Source: Lepidodermella squamata
Lineage: Eukaryota > Animalia > Gastrotricha
NCBI GenBank assembly: GCA_047495785.1
Contig: JBLDXI010000028.1
Span: 682,001-746,000 of the forward strand
Length of the DNA stretch: 64,000 nucleotides
Direction of reading: 5' to 3'
The position numbers and the translations under genes were made by a program. Shown piece after piece: positions 1 through 13,110 of this stretch. How positions within the stretch are numbered: position 1 is the stretch's first letter; every line of letters begins with the position of its first letter. The notes beneath the pieces are model-generated. The model worked only from the letters and a program-made list of their open reading frames with translations, was not told the DNA's origin and made no database searches.

Positions 1-1854
1 GAATCGCATGACCAAAAAATACAAGATAATTATTTTTTTGCATTTTGAGCCAGAAAGGCCATTCTTTGGCCTTCAATATCGGTCGTCGCAACGAAGTAAA
101 ATGAAACCGTCGAACTTTCATTTTCTTTTCTCGAACCATTTTAACTTGAAGCGTCGGAACTATCGGGATATTAAATTTTCATATTTTCAACAAATCCATC
201 GGAAAATTCAACGTTTTATTTGATCTCAGCTTCCGATGGGTTAAGGCACCTTATATTATTTGAAATGTACGATGAAATGAGTCATTGTTATTGCACTATT
301 GATCCACTGTCGGACTCGCCTCGGCCGCGAATATCCACTAAAGCTCGCGACCATGACCGTTACCTCGGCTTCGTGTCATCAAGTCGGAAGCAGTGGGGCC
401 ATCTTCAACATATCAACATATTCAGCCTCAAATCCTGTAAAATGCCATTTTTTGAAAATGAGAATTTTTCAAAAAGTCGCGGACAGCATTTTCCTCATCA
501 ATTGTCTCTCTCGAACCCCATTCTAACGGAAATTTCTGGAAAGTTCATCCCAGACTAGATCTATCGACTGGCGAAAACGGCATTGAAAAATTCCTCACGG
601 TTACGAAGTTATTCAAAAAACGCGAGGCAAAAAAGTTTGCGCATACTTTATCATCATTAAGCAAACAATTGCATGAAATGTTTGCGGAAAAACTGAGGTG
701 GAATCGAAGACACTATTATTATGGCAATGAGTAATAAAAATGTTGAGACGTACTGTAAAGCGGTCCTTTTTCGGACGGGGTAATTTCGGACACTTTTGGC
801 TTGAGTTTCTCCTCGCTGTTGATAGAAATGCCGTTCAAAATAGCAGGTGATAGCCGCGAGTCTGGTTTTTCAAATGACACCTGAAACATGAGAAACGGAT
901 TTGTTGACGAAAATGGTTGCACTTCTTCGCAGGTGTGCACCGAGGTAAAAATTGCCCTTTTCAGTTAGGTGGGCATGGGAACAAATTTAAACGGGACATT
1001 TTTCCTGAAATTCAGCCAGAAATAACGATATCCCCCGGCTTATTTCGGACAGAACCAAACTACAGAGAATTCAATCGCCATATTTTTTAGGGTGAGACTT
1101 TTTTCATCCGACAAATGTCTTATTTCATCCGAAATCCAAAAATGTGACTAAAATCATCCGACATGAAAATATCGATTTTCCCGAGTTCGATTTTTACGTA
1201 GGGGCATACCCCTTTTATGCACCCTATTTTGGCCCCTGAACCGGAAGAATTTCATGGTAAAAGATTTATGGCGATCAGAGTAGTATTTTTTTACTGTAAT
1301 TTTTCGAAAATATGAAAAAGCAAGTCGGATGAAAAAGTTTCCTCCATTTTTTAAACTGTAATATTTTAGTGCTAATAGCAATGAACTGCTTTGCGAGCAC
1401 AATTTACAATCCCTCAGGGTTCAAATCCCTCAACATGCAATTTCTTTATTTTTTTTCTTTATTTTTTCTTCACAAATTTTATCTCGCTTTAATGTCAACT
1501 TTGACCATAATCTAAATATGCACTCTGAACTGTCCGAAATTACCCCAATTAGCGTGTTTTCTTAAGGTTCGATTGGGTGTTTAAAATTGCGGTTTCGGAG
1601 TGTAATTTTGGGGGTGAAGACCATTTTTCTTGCGATTTCGGCCAAATTTGGCCCTTTTTGGTGTTTAAAAATTTCCTGTTTGGTGTTTGAAATTTAAATT
1701 GTTAAACTGCTTAAGAGAACACTGCCTGTTGTGTCCGAGTCAGTTACCCGTGAATACCTGTGCAGGTTTACCGTGATTTCTTTCAGCTCGAAAAATTATA
1801 ATTTCCTAGAATATTTCTGAATAAAACAACGCTGTGAGAAATTCGTATGCCGAA

Positions 1855-2290
1855 AACTGAGACCACGACATCTCAGATCCGACAACTGAGAACGGACAAC
1901 CGAGACTAAATTAATTTTAATTTTTTTTAATCGCTTAACCGAGACACCGACAACCGAGACCAATTAATTAATAAATTAAATTATTTTTATTTTTCTTACG
2001 ACAACTGAGTCACCGACAAGTGAGACACGGACATCCGAGACCGATTATCCCTAAAATAATTTTTGACTCGAGCTTAACGCGATATCAACGTGGACAAGGC
2101 CAGGAATTTTTAGTCAAAGTCCTAGTTTTACCATCTGTTTTACATTTCCCTATATTTTTGTCTCGGTTGTCCAGGTCGCAGCTGTCGGTGTCTCGGTTGT
2201 CGTACGAAAAATAAAAATTATTTAATTTAATTTATTAATTAATTGGTCTCAGTTGTCGGTGTCTCGGATGTCGGATCTCAGTTGTCGTAG
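1855..2290. mobile_element. Foldback/MITE-like inverted repeat with ~14-bp subrepeats (GACAACCGAGACACC-like)
   Basis: 1855-2040 and 2160-2290 are reverse complements, including the AT-rich block ccaattaattaataaattaaa / tttaatttattaattaattgg; both arms are built from tandem gacaaccgaga units. Confidence 0.7.
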
Positions 2291-4004
2291 AACCGAGAAA
2301 TTTCAAAGTCCAATATGCACAGCCGAAAAAATCGGAAAATCGAAATAAATTATTAACCCGACAAATTTTATATCGTTGGATAGAGAAAATTCTCAACGTG
2401 GATAAACTAATTTTCAAAAAAATTTCAAAATTTTTCCGAAAGAGCCAACCGCGGCACAAGAATATGGCAATTTTGCCCAAAATCACAAATTATAGCCCTT
2501 TTTGGCAAATTTTAGAAAATTAACCACAAGAGACCACCAGGTGTGCCAGGTATCATTAGATATAGGGCTGCTTCTAGTATTTATGAGCAGAAATTCAAGA
2601 AATTAGGAAGAGGTACCTGGGGCATTTTTCATTTTTGAAATTAATAAAAATTATAATGGGCGGATAGGGCGTTGGGTGGCATAAAAAGTGGTCGCGTGCC
2701 GCCCTTTTTGCAATAACAGCTCGAATAAATTCATACCCCGGTACTCTAAATAGTAAATGGTGTTTTAATCAAAACTAGTGCAAAAATGCGTGGGTGTGAT
2801 TGTCAGTATGCCTGATGTATGCCTGTCAGTTATCAGCTGAAATCTCTGACTTAGCGTATTTTCTCGAAGAGCAGCGCAGCAAAAAAATGCAAAGAAAACA
2901 TCGACAATAATATGAATCATAGCTTTTTATGAACATAAATAGTGAGCGCCGGCTCAGCTTATTATTTAAGCTTCGCCAATGCTGATCGAAAAGGTCGCTG
3001 GTTCCACCCTTACTGCTCGCACAAGAATTTGCGATTTGTGAAAAATCGAGCTTGCGGAATATCGCCAGGATGGTGATAGGACTTTTTGCCGCACGAACGT
3101 GATTAATACTCTGAAAATAGACTGCTCAAGGCGTATGGAGTATAGCAACACCTCATTTCATTTCACAAAAGCAAAAGGGAATAGTACCAAAGTCGCCTTT
3201 TGGACTTTGGGTCTCAGTTAATCACCCGCAACACCTGAGGAACGTTACGGTTTTCTCGACGAAACCACAGGTTTTGTAGTTACATTGCGCCTTTTAATCA
3301 ACTTGAACGTAAAAAATGCCGGACTCTTGTTGTATCAAAATAGTGTTTATTGTTGGACATGCATAAAACGAAAAGGCCATTGAGCAAGCACGTAATTATA
3401 ATCACAAATGTGAAGAGATTTGAAGCTTTGACTGAAGTTACGGTAAATATCCATTGATTTAAGATTTTTTCAGGAAGAAAGCGTAGATGAAGACATTTTA
3501 CAATTTTACAATCGCGTACGAAAATGAAGTCAGAGAAATTTAACAATTTCAAACTTTAACTGATAATTTTTTATATGATAGCCAGGTATATAGACAAATT
3601 GATATTGATAAAAATAGACAGAGAGAGATAAACATTTATTAAAAAATTCAGTGATAATTAGGTTGCCTTGCGACACAGTGATTATTTAAAGATTATTTTT
3701 TTCTGTGGTTAAAATACATATGAATGGAATACCAAAAGCTGTATCGAAAGACAAGTCAGAAATTTTTTAGTACCGAGTGTTTTATAAAATACAGTATGTA
3801 CAGTAAGAAAAATGAGTATCGAAGAGTTTTTCATAAAATAAAATGATAATTATATATTTAATGATATAAAGCGCACATGTTTTCAGGTATAAAATTGATT
3901 TTTGGCGCGATATGAACAATAAACAATATTTGCTCGCCGTCATTTACCTGTGAGTGTGGCTTAGCTAAGCGCTGTCGATTTTCAACGATCTCCACACACG
4001 GAAC

Positions 4005-4200
4005 GGTTTGATTGTGATGTGGCTATTGAAATGGCTAAGAAATGAACTGAACCTATAAGCGGTTTGATAGGTGATGTGGCTATTGAAATGGCTAAGAAAT
4101 GAACTGAACCTATAAGCGGTTTGATAGGTGATGTGGCTATTGAAATGGCTAAGAAATGAATTGAAACTATAAGCGGTATGATTGTGATGTGGCTATTGAA
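4005..4200. repeat. Minisatellite, 56-57 bp unit, ~3.4 copies
   Basis: Unit ggtttgat(t/ag)gtgatgtggctattgaaatggctaagaaatgaactgaacctataagc starts at 4005, 4061, 4118 and 4175. Confidence 0.9.
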
Positions 4201-4361
4201 ATTATAACCTTAAAAATAACGGAGAAATAGTAATACCTACGGAGAAATCACCATGTGAAATCAAGAATATTTTTTTCTATCCTAAGGTGATGTAATAAAG
4301 GATCTATACATGAGCCAGTTGAATATTAAAAGCTAGTGATGCAGGCTAAGCTGGTAGTTGA

Positions 4362-6585
4362 CTAAGACTGGCTGCATGGCTGCGTCGACAACTTGGAGTT
4401 GAGGGCGGCTGTTGTGTTGGTCAGAATTATTAAGGCTATAGTTGTATTGTTGAGTGCCCCGTTCCGTGTGTGTAGATGGCTGAAAATGGACAGCGCTGTC
4501 ATAGCCAACAATAGCAGGTAAATGACGGCGAGCAACACCGCCTGCTGGTCACCCCGGGCCAACGATGACGATAAAAACGAGTAGAATGTGACGAGGCCCG
4601 GGATGAAAGCGCAGCAGGCGACAACAATGGCGGCGGCCGTATTGCGAATTGACCGGAGAGGCTGTGACAAATGGTTAAACAAAATGTTCAACATGTTATA
4701 AAAGTTGAAAAGATCCGCTCTTACCGACACATCCAGATCCAGCAGGTTAGACGATGGGGGCGCAGGCGCGGGCAGGGGTTGTGGGGGCGGGTTGTGGGGG
4801 CGTTCGGCTGGAGAAACAAACACAATAAATTATCAACATGAGCCCAGCTTCTTGCTAAATCAATTCTAACAAATGGAGGCAATTTACCAGATAGCCGACA
4901 TTGCACCAGCGAGTGAACAAACGCCCCTAAACCTCAAACGCACTTTTTACCGACTACTAGAATTGGGCTCGAAAATTCCTAGCTTTACGTGTTAACTCCA
5001 GAGAAAACGTCAAGGTGGGAAGATGCAGATGGGTGATTTCGTGTTTCTGGAGCTTATGATTTCAAAAATCAACAACCGATAATTCCCTAACTTTTTTCAC
5101 AAAATCAGGTAAAATTAATAAAATCATTCACATTTGCAGCAATATTGGGAATCACCTACCACTATTTAGTCTTATATATTGTAAACTAAACTAAAGCTAT
5201 AGGGTAAGGTTACCTAAATCTGCATAAAAAATTTCCGCTTTTGTCAAACGCTTGTCATTCCATAACCATGAGGTTCTCCGGGCTCATATTTTGACTATAA
5301 ACAGTCAAAACCCATTCGAGTAATCTCACAAAATCTCATGAGCCAATTCCGCATCGTTAGAGAGCCATCGTTGCTCGAAGTAAAAAAGGCAGAAATTTAA
5401 AATGTGGCTCATGAGATTTTGTGAGATTACTCGAATGGGTTCTGACTGTTTATAGTCAAAATATGAGCCCGGAGAACCTCATGGTTATGGAATGACAAGC
5501 GTTTGACAAAAGCGGAAATTTTTTATGCAGATTTAGGTAACCTTACCCTAACTGATTTTTGCGCTATCATTAAAATTAAGCTATCACGCTTCTACCTATT
5601 AAAAATGTAACCAATGACTCATCTGTTTAGCGAATTTGAATCGAAACCAAATTGTGAAAATTTCCGGCAAAAGTGAATTTTTATTTTTGAAAAATTATGG
5701 TAAATGGTAAATCCTTCTTGAATGGAATGCAGGGTGCCACTTGAATTTTAAGGATTGACTCGGCTGAAAGATGGAAGATTCTGAACCCGTCGTCTCATCT
5801 GTGTCCAATGTCAGTGCCGGATTTGACAACTGAATTCGACACCCTAGGCACTCCTCTGATCTCGACCCAGCGGGTCCCTTGGTGGTAAGAGCCCCCTGCT
5901 GTTTTTCATCAGAGTTGCCAATATTTCCCTGGGGCCCTTTCGGGCAAGTGCCTTACTTACCTAATGGATGATCCGCTCCTGTCCCATGTCCCACAAATAA
6001 GGCAAGCAAAAATATAAACTCAGTGGTAAGTCTCGGGACCAGAAAAATTGCAAATGCAGTGATGAGGGTATTTAGCTATTTATTAATTATTTAATAGAGC
6101 AAAATAATAATAATAATGACGGGATAATAATAAAATAATAATAAAAAAATTCTGAAAAATTTAGCCCAACCTAATAAAATACCGGAAATTACCGAATCTA
6201 GTTCTTTTGGCATCTTCTCCGATTAATTTTTCTTCGGTGAAATCGCGCATAAATGATGCTCACGGTAGGTTTCATATAGAAAAATATATAAATATACTTG
6301 CAAAAGGTGCAAAATTAAAAAAATGATTGCGCATTTAATGGGACATGGTGTGATCCTGGTTATTTCTTCCAGTTATTCGAAATTACTTGAGTCATAATAT
6401 GAGGGACACTTACTATCAACTTCATCTGCATGAAGACCATAACCATGGCCACACGTTCGGCACAGAAGCTGCTGGTCGAACAGGCTGATTATGCGGCCAT
6501 CGACAATCGACTTACTTTGCCTCAGCCCGTCGCATTGTCTGTCCACAGGAAAATAAGTGCAGCCGCGGCAGATTTTTCGATTCAT
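4362..6585 (-). CDS. Uncharacterised protein: N-terminal Cys/His knuckle, Pro-rich linker, C-terminal transmembrane helices (multi-exon model)
   Basis: ATG at 6585 (MNRKICRGC...CRTCGHGYGLH), phase-1 GTAAGT donor after EVD, phase-compatible acceptors near 4927 and 4808, and hydrophobic segments in ORF 4362-4823. Linkage of the exons is inferred. Confidence 0.45.
5202..5548. mobile_element. MITE with ~145-bp near-perfect terminal inverted repeats, flanked by TA
   Basis: TA|GGGTAAGGTTACC...CATGAGCCA (to 5345) versus TGGCTCATG...GGTAACCTTACCC|TA (5405-5550); one mismatch seen; ~59-bp spacer. Confidence 0.9.
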
Positions 6586-8417
6586 TGTTAAAAGTTGAAA
6601 TGAAAGATCAATAAAATTGACGTTAAAAAAGTAATATAATGTAGTAAAACTATGCAAAATATCAACGAATTTCTGAAATGCAGGTAGTTTTAGCAATAAT
6701 AATAAGTCAAGTCTCAATTATTAGCATGTTTCGGATTGGAAAATTTTTATCACCGTATGATAGCATGACTCATGAATTCCTGACCGTTCGAAAGTTATTT
6801 CCTAACTTTAGAAACACTAAAATGAAAGACGAAGTCGTAAGTATCTCAGAGCAAGAATGATCTAGGAAAATTCAGGCCATAAGAATAGCAATCAATTATG
6901 TCACAATGGGTTACAAAACTCTGAAAAAATTTTGGTGCAAAAGTACCGGGAATAACCAAACCAGTTTCACCGGGGTTTTCCCAAATTCAATTTCTTCAGT
7001 AAAATCGCCGATAAGAAATGGTATTTTCCCGTTAGGCTTAATTTCTAGAAATTAGGCGAATTTATTGCAGAGTTGCACAATTAAAAAACCGTTGCGCAAC
7101 CTATGGGAAACGATGTATATTTACTAGATCAGGCAAGCTTTTAGCAAAAATGCAACTTGAGAAAGCTTACAATATAGAGTGTCTACTGTCTACTGGGGGT
7201 TGGTTAAAAAACGGATTTCTTCGTGCTCTCATAGTGAAGATCAGACCTTACTTAGAAAATCACGCGAATTTTTTGTTAATTTATTGGTATTTTTGAATTG
7301 ATCGTAAAATTCTCGAGCTCTTGGAAAAACTTTTCATTCCAATAAATTCATCAAAAACTTTTGCGCCTAACGACTCGATAAACAATGTCAGATGTTGAAA
7401 TCGTTTCTGCTGAAATATTTTTGACACTGGGTGATTTTTTGCCGAAAAGAGTCCGTCAAGTACGAATTAAATATTTAGATTGCCGGCAACTCATCGGTTC
7501 AGAAAGTGAACATCACTTGATGCTCATGATGCAGTCAAATCGAAAAAATCGAAAAATAGAGATGAAGAAAGGCTTAGTTTAAATAACACCAATAATATTG
7601 GCTCTCGAAATATCGACATGATTTCAGTGACTACCCAGCCGATCAGAGCAAACAAGGTCGAGCATTAGCTCTTTGAATAAGTATGAAAGGTTCAAATGCG
7701 AACGAAAAATTCATCTTTGATTAGGATAACGTGACTTGTTACCATGCGGTTAGCTAATAAGAGAAGCTGCGCCTCTATGCGCGCGCGTCCACCAGTTTTC
7801 TCCTCGCGTGCGTTTTAAACGATTCAGAATTTCACAATTTTTTGCTAACGGGCACGCGTTAGAATTACTCTTGTTGCGCAAGAACGCATGATCAATCGCG
7901 CGAAATAATGCCTCAAGCCCACTGTCGCTCGTTTTGATAAAAATTTGTTACTCGATTTCAAGAACACAGCGTTGCATACATGTTCAATTCTACCACCTAA
8001 TCGAAAAGCTAAATGATAAAATCCAAGTAACCATTCACAAATTATGCTGCAGTTTTCGTATTGGCGGTCGTCAGTAGCTTCTTGCCAAATTCGTCAGTTA
8101 CAAGCCGGCTCTATTTCAGAGCGGTGCGGAATATTCAAGATGTCTTCCAATAATTTTCCCAGCGAATTTAAACAAGTACCTACTATGCTTCCAAAAGGAG
8201 TCAAGTTTAATTGAAAAATTAAAAATTGAAAAATCAACCTATTTTGTCGAAACTTACTTGTCCAAAACTAGAGTCTTTGAAATGTCAGCAATTAATTTGA
8301 AAGCTTGATTCTGCTGTCTGTCTTCGGTTTCCCTTGCTCTTGTCTAAATCAAGTATACAACTGCCTGAACAGTCTGAGCGTAATTTAAAACATCATATAA
8401 CAATTTACATAAGAGGC

Positions 8418-9052
8418 TTATTTTATTTTCACGTATAAACAAGACAAATACATGTGACAAATACAAGACAAATACTGGCCCAAAATAAAGTAACGAAGTC
8501 CTAGTAGACACGATACAAAAGAGTTAGTGCCGAAGCAATATGTGGGAGTGGTAAAACTCCAACCGCGAACTTCAAAGAAAGCATTGAGGGAGATCATGTT
8601 GATGACGAAACTGGCGCCACCACATTCACTTGTCTTTCTCGAAAGCCGGCTGCAAAGAGACACCAAAATATATTAACATTTCTAAGAAAATGCTCGGCTC
8701 ACCTGTGAGTAGAAAAATCTGTCGAAAAGGTACCTCATTGTCCGCTCATACAAGTCTGGTTCCAATTGCACATCGACTGAAAAAGAAGCCGATATCATTA
8801 TATGTTATAACATGATGCGAACATGCGAGGCTATTTAGCTGATATTAATAGCTGAAAGATTTTCTTACCAATAGTGTCGACGGGTCCATTCGGATGAACG
8901 CCGAGGCTGTGGCCACAGCGACGGCACGTCAATGTTTCTGGATCCCAGACGTTAACTCCCACGCCATCTTTTACTGCCCGTGCAAATTTCACGAAAGTGC
9001 AGACGCGGTACCACGGCAACCCTGCTCCCGTGCATCCACGGCAACCATCCAT
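8418..9052 (-). CDS. Uncharacterised Cys/His-knuckle protein, paralogue of the gene starting at 6585 (3' exons uncertain)
   Basis: MDGCRGC...C...CRRCGHSLGVH, then a phase-1 GTAAG donor at the equivalent position; further short exons at ~8700-8776 and a hydrophobic ORF at 8418-8650. Confidence 0.45.
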
Positions 9053-11096
9053 AGGCTCTTATTAATTCGTAAAAATCAAGTTCAATATCTAAATTTTAAA
9101 ATCAATACTATTAATAATAATAAATCATTAAAAAATATATAAATTAAAATTGGCCCTTCGCCCAGTTGCGCAGATTTTAACTGGAGTGCCGGAGAATTCT
9201 ACGTTTTGCAATTGATTTCAAAACTTGATTGAAGTGATTCAAGTTATCTCAGCTTTTCTTGCGGACGGTCTCAAATGGAATATTACCGGGGAAAAAATAT
9301 CATATTGCCTTGCCTTCCCATGAGCGAACAGAAAAGAAGAGGTAAATAATACGCAAGACGCGAGCTTGAGAAAAATGAGCGCGCATATAATCTCGCCTTT
9401 TGTTCATTTTTAATGCTTTTACAACAAAAATAAAAAATATCGTTGAGCTAGCAGATAATTATATGAGATGCGAGACATGAAGTTTGATACACAGTGGCTA
9501 TGATAAAGAGATACAGTGACCACAGAATTTACGCAAGAAAGTTATCAAATCAGAGACGCCAAAGAAAGAAGAGGAGTATTTTATTGATAGGGATGATTTG
9601 GTGAGTGTGCATACGCAGTAACATGACACTTACCTCACACAGCCTCGGCAAATCTTATCCAGAGCATTTATTTCTTGGAGAAATAATAGTATATAATGGC
9701 CTTAAAGGAGTACATAGCGCGTTGTGTTCGACGCGAATCCATCAAATTAAACCTTGGGCAAAATCAATCATCATCGCAGAGAGCAGTTAGAGAATTAAGA
9801 TTAAGCCTACAACATAACAAAACCGATGCCTTACATCAACGTGAGTAGCGAGAAGCTAAAATTTGAACGATTTCCTCACTCATACTTGAGAATGAACAAA
9901 AAGTAGCATGAATAAACATCACGCACCTAGTTACGGATGAAGGATGAATATAGAATTGAGGTACCAAACCAATCGAATTATGGCGATAGGCGACTAATAA
10001 CGCGCCCGGGACTCCGATGACTTGACTCGACGACTTGAGCTATGGGATGAGTTAAGGCTATCTGAAAATTAGGGCTATCTGAAAATTAGATTCTATAGGC
10101 CATTGAGGTGTTCGGTGCGATCAATCATCAAGTCCACACGCCAATTTTTAATATGTTAAAGAGAGCAAGGTAGCACGGTTGGATTGATGAGCTAATGTGC
10201 AACACAGACTGAAAATTGCTGAAAGGATAAAGGATGTAACTCGGGACTAAAGACTATATTAGACTAGAGACTAGATTAGCAGCAGATTAGTGGAATCAGA
10301 AATGCTGCCGGGAAATTTTAAGCAATTTTAGAGCATTTGTAGAACGCTAAAAAATCGAAAACTGGGAGGTTTAGAGTTGCCAGAACCCCAGCACCAATCG
10401 AAATCGAAGCTCACATGCCTTTTGGCGGTAAAATGAGCACTGAGTGCAAGAACAAGTAACAAGTATTACATGAAGCAAGAGCTAAGAGAGATAGAGCGAA
10501 ATCACAAACCGCAACTCAGCAGTTCGCAGTTCGCTCAAACTGAGCTCAAAACTTGCTGTGAGACGATCGCGCAAATGAAGTCGAAAATAATGAATAAATT
10601 TTGGGTTCCCGGCTTGAAGGTATTTTGTTGGTCAAAAAATAAACAAAAAAAATAAAATTAAACATAAAAATTATAAGTTTTACAGTATTTGAACTATTCT
10701 TGAGAATAAAGTTGCCGCATGTGGATTCAGCCCGTTTCTTGATTGGATCGTGCATTGTCTTTCGCTGCGCTTGCGCAGTGTGGCGTAATGGACCCTGGTT
10801 TGATAATTATGGATAAAGGAAAACAAAAGAAAGTGAGACGAACAATCTCAAAGGTCATCGGGACGTATTCGATTTTCTCATCTTAGGTTCTCATCTCGTC
10901 GTGCGAGCGTCCACCCAAAATCGAAAGTTGAATAAGTTGATATCAATTTGATCTAAAGTCTAAAGTTGTACATCTTAACTTTCAACTTGAAAATTTGAAA
11001 TCTTGAATTTACGCCACTTGATTACTGGGGATGAAAAATGAGGTATTGTTTCTGCCACTTGTCTCGCAAGCAGAATGTTTATTATTGTTTATTGTT

Positions 11097-11154
11097 GCCT
11101 AGCCCCTGAAGATGGTTTAAATGACACCGAAACTATGTGGTAGTCGCGCAAGGC
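11097..11154 (+). ncRNA. Type I hammerhead ribozyme-like motif
   Basis: CTGAAGA (11106-12), T, stem II GGT/ACC, GAAA, stem III CTA/TAG, GTC cleavage triplet (11143-45); stem I GCCTAGCCC/GCGCAAGGC pairs at 7 of 9 positions. Confidence 0.6.
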
Positions 11155-12869
11155 GTCCGGTTAATTCAATCAGAATGCGAATACAAAAAGCGCAAAAAGC
11201 GTTTGCAAAAGCGTCCCAATAGCGCGATAGCGATGAAACATAGGTAAAAAAGGACCGGTTCCATTCGATCCGCCGTGATTGACTACCCCTAGTTTTTCCT
11301 CGGTGACATATTTTACCGAAGATTGGAATCGTCTTCCCTCCTCTGTAGTCAACAATTCGCATAGTGCGTTCTGCAATTACATTAAATCAAAACCAGCTAT
11401 ATACGAAACACACGTCACCTCGGCGGTGAGGCGCCTTGATATTCAACACTGTTGATCATTAAAATTTTCCAATTGCTAAATGTTCTGAACAACTTGCAAA
11501 TAAATATGAGTATGAGTATGAGTATGAGATTATGAAAATAAAGCTGATTTTTCGATTTATCTCAAAAGGAACCCTCGTGGACTATGACTATTCACCGCAC
11601 ACACAGCGATCTTTCGTCTCAATTTTTAGGAGACGTCAGCCTTTTCGCCTGGCTTCCTTGGAGATGACGCGGCCAGCATGAAATATTAGATCTCACATTC
11701 ACAAGAGCGAAGTGTTCGAGTCAAGCAGCGGTCAAATGTTCGTGGCTTTGAGCAGTCGCTAGACGCTCAGAGCATGCAGTCAGCGTGAAGATGAGTTTTT
11801 AATGTGATTCACTGTATGACACCAGCGAGTATTGGCGTGGTCAATCCGCCGTCGGTATCCGCCAAAATTCTAATGAGTATGTCCTGCGCGATACCCTGGC
11901 TCAGGAGGACATAAAATAAATCGCTTGGCATCTTTCATAATATCATCCGAGATCGATTTGCTGAATGCCGGATTCATACCGGATTGGGTATATTTGGCAA
12001 ATCGCAGCTTCAAGATGCTACAAAGTGCATGGTGTAAACTGACAAGCCGAGGCGTAGTTCGGGATACACCGCCCTTCCACATCCCAGTTTCTGTGTTGCG
12101 CCACACATTTGGGGTGACTACGCACTAACAAATGTAAGAGCCTTTTTTTATTTACCGAATATTTCTAGCCTTAAAATCAAAGACTTGGACTTTCTGCAGA
12201 TCGAAGCGCTATCGAGTCTTCGTGGCTTGTTGCTTCTATCAGTTGACTCAAGTTGATGAAGGATACTTATAGTTGGATCTCGAGTTAATAGAAAAAATAT
12301 CCGCAACCTCTTTGATATCGTTGAATAATGGATCTATCGACATTCTTATTTCATGAATTATCGACTATCGGCATTCTTTCGGCAGCTTATTGCGAACAAC
12401 TATTCATCTAAAAGTATATCGATATTGAAAAACAGAAAAAAGGCTCCATTTTACTTGCGGATCACTGTGTACCTACCTATTAAATCTTATAGTCGACGAC
12501 CTTACCGACCGGGTGTGGGGCGTGAGTAAGTTGTAAAATCAGAATTTTTACGAGCTGACTCCGTGGGTTGAAAATACAATAATATAAGTGTATCATGGGC
12601 ATTAATTACCAAATAACATTTCAATTATTCACCACCTTCGCTACACACATCCGGTTCGCTTTTGCTGCCCGCTCGACAATTACTATAAATATGGGCCGTG
12701 ACCGGGCGGCAAAGAGTCGATGATGATGATGGGAACGTGGCGCGAGACGCAACAGAAGTCAACACTGTGGTGTAGTCCGCGAAATGAAACGACACCGAGT
12801 GAAAAGTATATAAGAAGGAGTCAACGAGACGGGCGCACCGGTCGACGAAACACGCCCGCCCGCGCACCG

Positions 12870-13110
12870 TCACCGCTTATCTTATCGCGCGAGGCCGCGA
12901 CAAGCTTGACTTTTCAATACGAAACGCATTTATTGCCGCGCTTTGTTTATACCATTACAGCACACACGCGAGCCAAAATTTATTATTACTTCGCAAACAT
13001 GTGCGCACCGAGATAAGGCTGGGGCTGAAATTCCGATAAGGTGCGCGCCATGGTGACGCCAACGCCGCGCGCCGTGATTGGCCGGCTAAACGCGCGCTGA
13101 TTGGTCGGAT
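12870..13110 (+). promoter_or_regulatory. GC-rich promoter of the GATA gene with GATA sites and two inverted CCAAT boxes
   Basis: CTTATCTTATC at 12876-86, AGATAAG at 13011, CGATAAG at 13034, GATTGG at ~13076 and ~13099; a non-coding exon ends at CAG|GTAAGT 13207. Confidence 0.5.

Noticed and set aside
8-1402. Short ORFs at the window start
   Set aside because: No recognisable domains or consistent splice chain; AT-rich, repeat-like DNA.
4005-4200. 57-bp repeats as a CRISPR array
   Set aside because: Units are contiguous with no unique spacers, there are no cas genes, and the context is eukaryotic.
6145-7115. Two diverged ~200-bp similar segments (about 6145-6350 and 6915-7115)
   Set aside because: Probably old dispersed repeat copies; boundaries and family cannot be defined by eye.
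9900-10600. Possible non-LTR reverse transcriptase relic (APG- and YRP-like words)
   Set aside because: Motifs are too short and fragmented to support a call.
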